Source: a virus (Duplodnaviria; Caudoviricetes). From it: a stretch of 64,000 nt of DNA. The position numbers were made by a program, and so were the translations under genes. The notes under the pieces are model-generated. The model ran no database searches and was not told where the DNA came from. It saw nothing but the letters and a program-made list of their open reading frames with translations. The stretch's first letter is position 1; the number at the start of each line of letters is the position of its first letter. Positions 46,646 to 55,879 of the stretch are shown piece after piece. The DNA is taken from the IMG/VR virus record IMGVR_UViG_3300021964_009400; one strand, 5' to 3'.

Positions 46646-47173
46646 ATGTTACCAAGAAGTTTATTTGTTGAAAGTAAGAAACTCAGAGTATTTGATTTTG
46701 ATGATACTCTTGTAAAAACTACATCTTTTATTTATGTTACTAATAATGGTAAAACAAGAAAACTTACACCTGGTCAGTATGCAATCTATAATGAAAAACC
46801 AGGTGATGAATTTGATTTTAAAGATTTTGAAAAAGTACAAAATCCAAATGAAATAAAAAAAATAACTAAAGTTCTACGAAGAATTGTTGCATCGAGTGGT
46901 GGACAAGGAGTTCACATTCTTACTGCAAGAGCTGCACACAAACCGATTAGACAATACCTCAAAGATATCGGTATCAATATGAGTAAAATATATGTAACTG
47001 CATTGGCATCTAACAATCCAAAGGATAAAGCTGATTGGATTGAAGATAAGATTGATAATGAAGATTATGATGATGTTTACTTTGCTGATGATTCTAAAAA
47101 GAATGTAGATGCCACCAAAAAAATGTTAAGAAGAAAAGATATTAGGTGGAGAGTTCAACACATAAAACACTAA
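46646..47173 (+). CDS. HAD-superfamily phosphatase
   Basis: VFDFDDTL, ILTAR, K, FADDSKKN. Confidence 0.8.
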   Translation: MLPRSLFVESKKLRVFDFDDTLVKTTSFIYVTNNGKTRKLTPGQYAIYNEKPGDEFDFKDFEKVQNPNEIKKITKVLRRIVASSGGQGVHILTARAAHKPIRQYLKDIGINMSKIYVTALASNNPKDKADWIEDKIDNEDYDDVYFADDSKKNVDATKKMLRRKDIRWRVQHIKH

Positions 47174-47180
47174 AATCCTA

Positions 47181-47188
47181 TATTTATA
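47181..47188 (+). promoter_or_regulatory. Putative late promoter motif TATTTATA
   Basis: 3 nt before the ATG at 47192. Confidence 0.45.
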
Positions 47189-47191
47189 GAT

Positions 47192-48202
47192 ATGAGACAC
47201 CTACTATTTATTTTATGGGTGTTGTTACTCACAAGTTGCAGTTCAACATTTCAATTATCAAGTTATTACAACAATGACCCAATTTATGGTGTCGTAGAAT
47301 CAACAGGTGATACAATTAAAATCGATGTATTAGATTCAGATTGGGATTTAGATAGAAAATTCAGATTCGATGATAAATTTAGATGGAACTTTGCTCAATA
47401 TGCAATGAACCAAGATTTAAGATGGCACTATGATTTCTATTGGAATAATAGAATGTATAGAAGTCCATTTGCATCCCCATTTGATTTTTATTGGAACTCA
47501 AACCAATATTGGTGGAATTGGTCATCTAACTATCCTTTCAATTATGAATTTAATCATTGGGATAGATTTGGTTTTTATGGATATAGATATTGGAATGACC
47601 CATTTAGATTTGGAAATAGTTGGGCATGGGGATATAAACCAAATAGATGGTTCAGATATAATCGAGGATTTGCATACAATTTCCCTACAAACAATAGAAA
47701 CATCTCATATAACATAGGTAGGAGAGGTTCTAATGGAGTTGTAGTAACTCCAAGTGGTAGTAGAGGGAATTCAAATGTAACTATTAACAGAGGTAGAAAT
47801 AGTAGTGATGTAGTATTACCAAGAAATTATAGAAATATTGATGTTAAACCCAACCCTGGTGATGTTGATGTTGTTATTGAAAATAAAAATAGAACTCGTT
47901 TAGGTAGATTAATACAAAAGTTTGAAAATGCATCTGGTGTAAGAGTTAGAACATATGAAAACCCAAACAATGTTCCTAACAACAATAGAATCAGAAACTA
48001 TAATAGAGTTGAAAATGGTAATAATGTTAATAGAAATAATAACAACAATATAAGAAACTATAACAGACCACCATCAAAAAGTTATTCTACACCACCAAGA
48101 AGTTCATCACCACCTGTAATCAACAGAGGTTCATCAAGTGGCAGAAGTAGTGGAGGAGCAGTTATTAGTAGAGGTTCCTCTGGTCGTAATAACATTGATT
48201 AA
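47192..48202 (+). CDS. Lipoprotein with a W/Y/N-rich core and an N/R/S/G-rich disordered tail
   Basis: Lipobox LLTSCSS; composition bias evident. Confidence 0.7.
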   Translation: MRHLLFILWVLLLTSCSSTFQLSSYYNNDPIYGVVESTGDTIKIDVLDSDWDLDRKFRFDDKFRWNFAQYAMNQDLRWHYDFYWNNRMYRSPFASPFDFYWNSNQYWWNWSSNYPFNYEFNHWDRFGFYGYRYWNDPFRFGNSWAWGYKPNRWFRYNRGFAYNFPTNNRNISYNIGRRGSNGVVVTPSGSRGNSNVTINRGRNSSDVVLPRNYRNIDVKPNPGDVDVVIENKNRTRLGRLIQKFENASGVRVRTYENPNNVPNNNRIRNYNRVENGNNVNRNNNNNIRNYNRPPSKSYSTPPRSSSPPVINRGSSSGRSSGGAVISRGSSGRNNID

Positions 48203-48353
48203 ACTCACCGACATATTATCACAAATTAATGAAGAACCTCAATCAGAATTTAATAGAGTTAAATATTACGAAAAGTATTATAAAAATCTATCCCCAACTG
48301 ATTTTAAAGTCCAATCAAAAGATAATAATATCATTATAAATTTACCAAAGTAA
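48195..48353 (+). CDS. 52-aa hypothetical protein
   Basis: TTG start at 48195 gives MIKLTDILSQINEE...; the track start at 48138 overlaps the upstream gene too far. Confidence 0.5.
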   Translation: MIKLTDILSQINEEPQSEFNRVKYYEKYYKNLSPTDFKVQSKDNNIIINLPK

Positions 48354-48362
48354 ATTTCTTTA

Positions 48363-48370
48363 TATTTATA
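48363..48370 (+). promoter_or_regulatory. Putative late promoter motif TATTTATA
   Basis: Intergenic, before 48391. Confidence 0.5.
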
Positions 48371-48390
48371 TAGGTAAAAGGAATATATAT

Positions 48391-49959
48391 ATGCCAGCAA
48401 AATCTAAACAACAACAAAAATTCATGGGTATGGTTCACGCTTTAAATAAAGGTGATATTAAACCATCTGATGTATCTAAATCAGTAAAGGATGTTGCTAA
48501 AAACATTAAAAAATCTGATGCAGAAGATTTTGCTTCTACAAAACATAGTGGTTTACCAAGAAAGGTAAAAGAACAAATCCTTAATGCATTTAAAGAATAC
48601 GCAAACAAAATGAGTGGTAATAAACTTGGTGGTGGTGGTTCACACGATTATGCACCACAAAAAGGTTTAAGAGATGATGATGGATATGAAGATGAATCAA
48701 TAAACGAAGTTGGAGTAAATGTTTGGTATATTTACAAAAAAGCTAACAAAAATAAGAATAAGTTTTTTAATATGTTATCTGATTTTCGTAAAAAACATAG
48801 TGATACTGCATGGATAAAGATGTTAAATTATGCTCTTGAGGATTTTAATGAAAATCCAAAGAAGTATAAAACAATTGATGATAAACAAAATATATTATTT
48901 AAAAACCTTCAAAACAAGAAAAAAGTATATGAAGGTATGTTCTCTACAATAGACCAAATCAAACAAGATTCTAAGGATGTTAGAGATTTCGTAAAGAATG
49001 TATTCAAAGATAGAGATTTTGTAAAAATGAAAAATGATAAAGAATTTATCAAGTATCTAAAATCTATTTACGAATCAAAAGGTGTTCCTCAAAATTATAT
49101 GCAAGGTAGAACTTCGGATTACCACACAGCATTAAGAGGAAAGAATAGAGATTATAGTGGTGGAACTAACTTTAAGAAAAACAATCATGGTCATCCTGAT
49201 ATAGAAAAAGATGATGAGGACCAGGAAACAAATCAGTTAAGTGTACAACAAACAAAATTAAAAGAAGAAATGGGTAAACTATCTTCATCAGAAAGAATTG
49301 AGTTATATAAACTTTACTCAAAGGCAATGAAAGCAATGCCTGGTTCACCAAATCAAAAGAAACTTAAAGTAATTATCAATAAACTTAGAAAGAAAGCAGA
49401 TTTAAAACCTCTACCGATAAATGAAGCAAAATTAGACCACCATAGAATTAGTGGTAATAGTATTGAACTTCTCGTAAGACACAATAGAGAAAAATTAGCT
49501 ATAAGATTTAAAGATAAAAGAATTTTAGATAAAATGGGATTTGATTGGTCAAAACCAAAAAACATAGAAAAATTATTATCATTGAAAAAGTTTCCAAAAG
49601 GAATGTCAGTCAGTAAAAGTTTTCATGAATATGGACAAAGATTAGATTTATCTTATTTAGAAGATGAAGAAGCAAGATTAGATGGAACTCCAAAACCAAA
49701 AGATGCAATTGATAGAGATATAGATGAGTATTCAGGTGGTTCTTATGAATATACAAAAGGAGACCAATATGGTCAAAACTCTGTAAATGAAGTAGGTGTA
49801 TTTCCTGTAACTAATTACATTAAAGGAATTATTCCACAAGGAAGATTAGATACAAACACACCAGAAGCAAAAAGAAAATCTGAAAAGTTAGTTAAGGATT
49901 TAAGAAATACACTTAACAAATTTTGGAAACAACACGATATACCATTTAAAATAAGATAA
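48391..49959 (+). CDS. Putative virion internal polyprotein
   Basis: MPAKSKQQQKFMGMV module; ESINE, PINE, NSVNE and related xxE motifs separate segments. Confidence 0.55.
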   Translation: MPAKSKQQQKFMGMVHALNKGDIKPSDVSKSVKDVAKNIKKSDAEDFASTKHSGLPRKVKEQILNAFKEYANKMSGNKLGGGGSHDYAPQKGLRDDDGYEDESINEVGVNVWYIYKKANKNKNKFFNMLSDFRKKHSDTAWIKMLNYALEDFNENPKKYKTIDDKQNILFKNLQNKKKVYEGMFSTIDQIKQDSKDVRDFVKNVFKDRDFVKMKNDKEFIKYLKSIYESKGVPQNYMQGRTSDYHTALRGKNRDYSGGTNFKKNNHGHPDIEKDDEDQETNQLSVQQTKLKEEMGKLSSSERIELYKLYSKAMKAMPGSPNQKKLKVIINKLRKKADLKPLPINEAKLDHHRISGNSIELLVRHNREKLAIRFKDKRILDKMGFDWSKPKNIEKLLSLKKFPKGMSVSKSFHEYGQRLDLSYLEDEEARLDGTPKPKDAIDRDIDEYSGGSYEYTKGDQYGQNSVNEVGVFPVTNYIKGIIPQGRLDTNTPEAKRKSEKLVKDLRNTLNKFWKQHDIPFKIR

Positions 49960-49969
49960 GGATAATATT

Positions 49970-50458
49970 ATGGCAATAGTACCTAAAGGAATAGTAGTTC
50001 ACTCTATGGGAGAATATCTTCAATGGGAAGGTGAATGGATAACTGCTCATGAATTTTTAAAAGAATTAAAATTATCAGTTCATGGATTTATACACCCTGA
50101 TGGAACTTATGAAAAAATGATTTCATCACCAGGTAAAGCAGCTCATGCTGGTAAATCTGAATGGAATGGATTACAACATCTTAACTCACATTATTTAGGA
50201 TTTGAATTGTTAGTACCTGGTAAACAAACTTATGATTCATTTCTAAAAGCAATCGAAGAAGAAGGAACTTATACTGAAGAACAATTTCAATCTGCATTAT
50301 CAACTTGTAAATGGTGGATGGATAAATACAATATTCCAGCAGAAAATGTAGTAAGACATTCTGATTGTAGTGGAGACCATGTTAGAGGAAAAGGAAAAGG
50401 AAAGGTAGACCCAGGTTCTGCATTTGATTGGAAACGATTTAAAAGTGAATTGGGTTAA
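49970..50458 (+). CDS. N-acetylmuramoyl-L-alanine amidase (Amidase_2; endolysin candidate)
   Basis: IVVHSM, SVHGFI, AHAGKS, GFEL, RHSD, KVDPG..FDW. Confidence 0.85.
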   Translation: MAIVPKGIVVHSMGEYLQWEGEWITAHEFLKELKLSVHGFIHPDGTYEKMISSPGKAAHAGKSEWNGLQHLNSHYLGFELLVPGKQTYDSFLKAIEEEGTYTEEQFQSALSTCKWWMDKYNIPAENVVRHSDCSGDHVRGKGKGKVDPGSAFDWKRFKSELG

Positions 50459-50576
50459 AAGATATTTAAAATTAAAATGGAAATGGGTAGATAATAACCC
50501 ACGAACTGCAGCTTGGTTAGGTTGGTTCAAAGGATTATTGACTGGTTTCCTAATATACTACTTTTTTTTAAAGTAA
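50445..50576 (+). CDS. 43-aa membrane peptide (not in track)
   Basis: GTG start; MNWVKRYLKLKWKWVDNNPRTAAWLGWFKGLLTGFLIYYFFLK. Confidence 0.35.
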   Translation: MNWVKRYLKLKWKWVDNNPRTAAWLGWFKGLLTGFLIYYFFLK

Positions 50577-50626
50577 ATATATATAAGTAATAAAGGTTAC
50601 ATCTCAAATTAATGGGAGGTAATATA

Positions 50627-50956
50627 ATGATTGATAAAGAATTAGAGAAAGCAAATACCAATCATCCAGCAGATACAAATGGTGATGGTAGAGTATCTAA
50701 AGAAGAACATGATATGTATCTTGAATTCAAGAGAAAAGAACTTGAAGATAATGATGCAATGAGAGATGCACAAAGAAAAATGGCGTGGTTTGCGTTATTT
50801 GGTATGTTGTTGTATCCATTTGCGGTTGTAATCGCTTCAGTAACAGGTGTTGAACAAGCATCTACAATACTTGGTGATATGGCAGCAACATATTTTGTTT
50901 CAGTTGCAGCAATAGTTGCGGCATTCTTTGGTACACAGGCGTACTCAAGTAAATAA
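50627..50956 (+). CDS. EF-hand + 2-TM membrane protein (holin-like candidate)
   Basis: GGAGGT SD supports the start at 50627; DTNGDGRVSKEE loop; two TM helices. Confidence 0.6.
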   Translation: MIDKELEKANTNHPADTNGDGRVSKEEHDMYLEFKRKELEDNDAMRDAQRKMAWFALFGMLLYPFAVVIASVTGVEQASTILGDMAATYFVSVAAIVAAFFGTQAYSSK

Positions 50957-50975
50957 AGTTATAAAATTAAAAAAT

Positions 50976-51746
50976 TTGGAAAGATTTAAAAAAATACTAC
51001 CACTCGAAATGAGTGAGTGGTTTGTTACAGAAGAAGAGAAGGAAAACTTTATTCCTTCGGAATGGGTATTACCCCAACCATGGATATCAGCATTTATTTA
51101 TACACATATAAAATCTACATTTTGGGGATATAACAAAGAACACGAAGAAAACTATAAAGATAGACCAAAAGTTTTACAAATTGGTTGTGCACAAGGGTGG
51201 GATGCAGTTGAAATTGCAAAAGTACTTAAATTACCAATGATAAATGGAGAACTTCATGTTATTGATTGGTTTAAAGGAAATCTTACAGTAGATAAAGAAG
51301 AAGAATGGTCCTATAATGAAGATAATCCAACTGAATGGAAAAATCATCTATGGAGTGAAGCAAAAAAACATAAAGTAGATGATATTATTACAGTATTTGA
51401 AGGCGATTCAAGAAAAATGATTCATAATGTTATGGATAATTGGTATGATTTAATTTTTATAGATGGTGGACATGAATATGATATTGTAAAATCAGATGTT
51501 GAAAATGGTTATAAAAAATTAAAAAAAGGTGGTATCATGGTTTTTGATGATTTTTCTGGCGATGAAAATACTTACGATGAATTAAATATTAAAGACGCAA
51601 CTAAAGAAATGTTAGAAAAAGATACTTGGGAATTTGAATTACATGGTAGGGTTCATGTTGGTGTTATAAAAGCAGTACATGAATTTTTAAAAGGAGATTA
51701 TATTTCTATCCCATGTCATCATAAATGTTATCACATTAAAAAATAA
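50976..51746 (+). CDS. Class I SAM methyltransferase (Methyltransf_24-like)
   Basis: LQIGCAQG, IDWFKG, EGDS, DLIFIDGGH, VFDD; start is uncertain (TTG 50976 or ATG 51009). Confidence 0.8.
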   Translation: MERFKKILPLEMSEWFVTEEEKENFIPSEWVLPQPWISAFIYTHIKSTFWGYNKEHEENYKDRPKVLQIGCAQGWDAVEIAKVLKLPMINGELHVIDWFKGNLTVDKEEEWSYNEDNPTEWKNHLWSEAKKHKVDDIITVFEGDSRKMIHNVMDNWYDLIFIDGGHEYDIVKSDVENGYKKLKKGGIMVFDDFSGDENTYDELNIKDATKEMLEKDTWEFELHGRVHVGVIKAVHEFLKGDYISIPCHHKCYHIKK

Positions 51747-51752
51747 AAAGAT

Positions 51753-52226
51753 ATGGTATATTGGTTTACAGGTCAACCTGGAGCAGGAAAAACTATTTTA
51801 GGTAAAAAACTTCACTCATTTCTTAAAACTGAAAAGAGAAATTGGAGAAAAACTGTATTTCATCTTGATGGAGATGACCTTCGAGAACTCACGATTAATA
51901 AAGATTATTCAAAACAAGGTAGGATTAATAATATTAGAAATGCCCAAATGATTGTAGAGTATCTTCATAACAATGATTGTGATGTTGTTATATCTCTTGT
52001 TGCTCCTTATCGTTCAATAAGAGAAGAGTTTAAACAAAAGATAGGTTTGGATAACTTTCAAGAGTTTTATGTACATACACAACAAAAAAGAGAAAGAGAT
52101 AAATTTCATACTAAAGATTATGAAAAACCTCAATTTGAATTTATAGATATAGATACTACTAGAGATAATCCTGATAAATCTTTTTCTAAAATAATAAATA
52201 CTCTTATTAATTTAAATAAATTGTAA
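51753..52226 (+). CDS. cysC: Adenylyl-sulfate (APS) kinase
   Basis: WFTGQPGAGKT, LDGDDLR, DYSKQGR..NI, SLVAPY, YEKP. Confidence 0.88.
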   Translation: MVYWFTGQPGAGKTILGKKLHSFLKTEKRNWRKTVFHLDGDDLRELTINKDYSKQGRINNIRNAQMIVEYLHNNDCDVVISLVAPYRSIREEFKQKIGLDNFQEFYVHTQQKRERDKFHTKDYEKPQFEFIDIDTTRDNPDKSFSKIINTLINLNKL

Positions 52227-53275
52227 TGATTGATAAATCGAAATATATCTGTGCAACTCCATTTGGTTACACAGAGGTTTTTGATGATAAACAATTTTTA
52301 TGTTGTCCTGGATGGTTAAAAGAAGATATATACGAAACACCAAGTATTAAAGATAATTTTAATTCAGAAAAATCTCAAAAAATTAGAGAATCTATTTTAG
52401 ATGGTTCGTATAAATATTGTGATGAAAAACAATGTCCTCATTTATCTGCATTTAAACAAAATAAGTTTATAGATAATAGATTTGTTCTTAAAGATAAAAA
52501 ATCTCTTACACAATATAAACCGATATCAAATATCAATACAATTAATTTTTGTTTTGATAGGAGTTGTAATTTGCAATGTCCATCTTGTAGAAGTGAACTG
52601 ATAAATTATTTAGGAAAAGATAGAGATGGTGTAGAAAATAAACTGAAACAAGTTAATGAAGAAATGTCTACAACAATAAAAAGATTGTATTTAAGTGGTT
52701 CTGCAGACCCTTTTTACTCAAAATCATTTAGACAATTTTTAATAAACTTTGACCCATCAAAGTATCCTAAAATGAAAACAATTCATATTCACACAAATGG
52801 TTTGTTATGGACAGACCAACTTTGGGAACGAATGAAAGGAATTCATAAATTTGTTAAATCATGTGAAGTATCAATTGATGCAGCAACTAAAGACACTTAT
52901 GAAAAGAAAGTTAGAATTGGTGGAAAATGGGAAACTCTTTTAAAACAACTAGATTTTATAATCAATATACCAACTATAAAATCTTATATATTTTCATTTG
53001 TAGTACAAGATAATAATTACAAAGAAATGTATTCTTTTTATGAATTAATAAAAAACTTAAATTGGAAATTTAATAAAAAGTTTACAGTATTTTTTAATCA
53101 TATAACTAATTGGGGAACATATTCAGAACAACAATATTTATTAAAAGATGTTTCAAATAAATCAAACGAATCGCATACAGATTTTTTATTAGAGTTAAAG
53201 AAAATACATAATAAAAAAAATGTATCTCATAATTTTCATCATTTAGTAGAACCAATTAAAAAAAGTTTAATATAA
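52226..53275 (+). CDS. Radical SAM protein with N-terminal SPASM/twitch domain
   Basis: CATPF...CC, CDEKQCP, CNLQCPSC, SGSADP, HTNG. Confidence 0.85.
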   Translation: MIDKSKYICATPFGYTEVFDDKQFLCCPGWLKEDIYETPSIKDNFNSEKSQKIRESILDGSYKYCDEKQCPHLSAFKQNKFIDNRFVLKDKKSLTQYKPISNINTINFCFDRSCNLQCPSCRSELINYLGKDRDGVENKLKQVNEEMSTTIKRLYLSGSADPFYSKSFRQFLINFDPSKYPKMKTIHIHTNGLLWTDQLWERMKGIHKFVKSCEVSIDAATKDTYEKKVRIGGKWETLLKQLDFIINIPTIKSYIFSFVVQDNNYKEMYSFYELIKNLNWKFNKKFTVFFNHITNWGTYSEQQYLLKDVSNKSNESHTDFLLELKKIHNKKNVSHNFHHLVEPIKKSLI

Positions 53276-53634
53276 TGAAAAAGTATTCAATGTTTATTGG
53301 CAGGTGGCAACCACTTCACAAAGGCCATCTTTGGTTAATTAATCAAAGATTAAAAGAAGGTAAAAATGTATGTTTAGCAATTAGAGATGTTGAACCAAAT
53401 GAAAATCAACCTTGGACGGCTCATCAAATTGAAGAAATGATTCACGAGGGAGAATTAAAAGAATTAATACAAGATGGTAGAGTAATAACAACAATAATAC
53501 CTGATATAGAATCAATCAACTATGGTAGAGGTGTTGGTTATGAAGTAATTGAACACTTTCCACCAGATGAAATTAAAGAAATCTCAGCAACCTCAATTAG
53601 AGAACAAATGAGAAAAGAAGGTAAATTGTTATGA
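53275..53634 (+). CDS. Minimal HxGH nucleotidyltransferase (cytidylyltransferase / ATP-sulfurylase-like)
   Basis: GRWQPLHKGH, ISATSIR. Confidence 0.78.
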   Translation: MKKYSMFIGRWQPLHKGHLWLINQRLKEGKNVCLAIRDVEPNENQPWTAHQIEEMIHEGELKELIQDGRVITTIIPDIESINYGRGVGYEVIEHFPPDEIKEISATSIREQMRKEGKLL

Positions 53635-54143
53635 TATTTGAAGATTCAATACCATTATTTAATTCAAGTGAATTAGATTTTATTAAATCTAGTTGGAGAA
53701 ACGATAGGGCAGAAGAAAGAAACTATAAAGATAGAAGTTATTATTATAATGTTCTTTATGATTTGCCTCAACAGTATGTAGATAGATTTTTAGATTGGAT
53801 TGAAAATAAAATTGAAAAGAAAATTGAAAATAGAAAAAAATATGATTTAATTCTACACAAATTTGAAAAAGGAGATTATTTTGATTATCATACAGATGAT
53901 GGATATAAAGAACTTGGAAAGAGAGAATATGCTGCCGGATTTCATGTAAATGATGATTATGATGGTGGAGAATTTGTTGTATATGAAAACCATAAAGAAA
54001 GAGTTATAGGAAAAAAAGCTGGTATTCCTTATATATTTTCATCTGATGTTGGTCATAGAATAAATAAAGTTAAATCAAATATTAGATATAGTATAATCAT
54101 ATTTATATATGATAATTCTATTGATAATAAAAGTTTAATATGA
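53631..54143 (+). CDS. 2OG-Fe(II) oxygenase (prolyl-hydroxylase-like)
   Basis: FDYHTD, DYDGGEF, GHRINKV..NIRY. Confidence 0.82.
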   Translation: MIFEDSIPLFNSSELDFIKSSWRNDRAEERNYKDRSYYYNVLYDLPQQYVDRFLDWIENKIEKKIENRKKYDLILHKFEKGDYFDYHTDDGYKELGKREYAAGFHVNDDYDGGEFVVYENHKERVIGKKAGIPYIFSSDVGHRINKVKSNIRYSIIIFIYDNSIDNKSLI

Positions 54144-54649
54144 CAATCCAAGAAGTAAATAAAATACTAGATACTTATCATTCTAAAGATTGGAATGATA
54201 ATCCTTATTTTGTATATAAACAACATAATTTTAAGAAAGTTAAATGGTTTTTAATAAATAATGTAGAAGAATTTTCTTTTGTAAGAGATATTCTAACAAA
54301 AGAAGTTAAAAAATTAAATGAAAAATACTTTGTATCAGAATTTATAATTTTATTAATATATGATGAAGGAGATTATTTTGCAAGACACAAAGACCAACCA
54401 AGTGGTGTTTACACACCAGCTGGTGGTGGAACTGTGTTTGAAAACAAATTAGTTTATTCAGCAGGATATTTATTAAATGATGATTTTGAAGGAGGTGATT
54501 TTATGTTTGAAGATAAAAAACTAGAAGCTGAAATTGGAGAGTTATTTTATTTTTCAAGAGATGAATATCATGAAATAAAACCAGTGACAAAAGGTAGAAG
54601 ATTTTCTTTACATTTTACAATAGATGAAGAAAAAAGTAGTTTAATATAA
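54140..54649 (+). CDS. 2OG-Fe(II) oxygenase (prolyl-hydroxylase-like)
   Basis: FARHKD, DFEGGDF, YHEIKPVTKGRR. Confidence 0.82.
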   Translation: MTIQEVNKILDTYHSKDWNDNPYFVYKQHNFKKVKWFLINNVEEFSFVRDILTKEVKKLNEKYFVSEFIILLIYDEGDYFARHKDQPSGVYTPAGGGTVFENKLVYSAGYLLNDDFEGGDFMFEDKKLEAEIGELFYFSRDEYHEIKPVTKGRRFSLHFTIDEEKSSLI

Positions 54650-54651
54650 AA

Positions 54652-54873
54652 ATGAAAATACACACAATACATATCTTAAAAACAATTACATGGAGAATTG
54701 TAGGTACTTTAGATACTATGATTATTTCATGGTTAATTACAGATAATTGGAAATGGGGAGTTGCAATTGGAGGTGTCGAGTTAATAACAAAAATGGTTCT
54801 TTATTATTTACATGAAAGAGCCTGGTATAAATTTAATAATTATGAAATTGATAAAACCACAAGTAAAAAATGA
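54652..54873 (+). CDS. DUF2061-like membrane protein
   Basis: KTITWRIVGT...K..LYYLHERAW. Confidence 0.75.
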   Translation: MKIHTIHILKTITWRIVGTLDTMIISWLITDNWKWGVAIGGVELITKMVLYYLHERAWYKFNNYEIDKTTSKK

Positions 54874-55879
54874 ATGGGGTAATCTAAAAGAGATTATTGT
54901 AGGAACAACAAGAGGTGCACAAGTACCAACAGTAGGAGATAAATGTTTACATAGTATTGATTATGCACATTTATCAGAACAAGAGTTCAAAAACAGACCA
55001 TCTGGCCCATATCCAAAACAGGTCATGTTTGAAATGGAAGAAGATTTGGAAAATATTGCAAACACTTTAAAAAATCTTGGTGTTAAAGTACACCGACCAA
55101 TCGATATAGATTTTTCACAACCAATCGTAACAGAAAATTGGACAGTTGATGGATATTATAATTACTGTCCAAGAGATTCTATGTTAGTAATAAATGATAA
55201 GGTTATTGCAACACCAATGACCTTAAGACATAGGAGTAATGAAGCAGAAACTTGTAAACCATTATTTGACCAAAATCATTGGGTTGAAGCACCAAAACCA
55301 AAATTATTAGATTCAATATATCAAAGGGAAGATTTATCTATTCCAACTCTACTTGATGGTGAACCTGTTTTTGATGCAGCTAATGTAATTAAACATAATA
55401 ATGATTTACTATATTTAGTTTCTAATACTGGTAATAAGACAGGTGCAGAATGGTTAGAAAGATATTGTAAAGAGAATTTTGGTGAAGAATATAATGTACA
55501 TTTAGCAGAAAATGTTTATGCTTATATTCACATTGATACAACATTTGTATTTTTGGGTGAGGGTAAGGTACTTTTAAATCCTTCAAGAGTAAGTCAATTT
55601 AATTTACCAGAATTTTTACATAGATTTGATAAAATTTGGGCACCCGAACCATTTCCTACTCAAGTTCTTGATGATTGGTGTCCTGCATCACCTTGGTTGG
55701 GTATGAATATTTTACCAATCAATGATAAACTTTGTATGGTGGAAGAAAATCAAACAATGTTAATGAAAGAATTAAAAAGATTTAATATTGAATCAATACC
55801 AGTAAAAATGAGACATTCAAGAACTTTTAGTGGTGGACCACATTGTGTAACTTTAGATGTTGTAAGAGAAGATGAATAG
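54842..55879 (+). CDS. Amidinotransferase (glycine / scyllo-inosamine-phosphate amidinotransferase family)
   Basis: NEWGNLKEIIVG, CPRD, DAAN, HIDTT, GGPHCVT (Asp/His/Cys triad). Confidence 0.88.
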   Translation: MKLIKPQVKNEWGNLKEIIVGTTRGAQVPTVGDKCLHSIDYAHLSEQEFKNRPSGPYPKQVMFEMEEDLENIANTLKNLGVKVHRPIDIDFSQPIVTENWTVDGYYNYCPRDSMLVINDKVIATPMTLRHRSNEAETCKPLFDQNHWVEAPKPKLLDSIYQREDLSIPTLLDGEPVFDAANVIKHNNDLLYLVSNTGNKTGAEWLERYCKENFGEEYNVHLAENVYAYIHIDTTFVFLGEGKVLLNPSRVSQFNLPEFLHRFDKIWAPEPFPTQVLDDWCPASPWLGMNILPINDKLCMVEENQTMLMKELKRFNIESIPVKMRHSRTFSGGPHCVTLDVVREDE

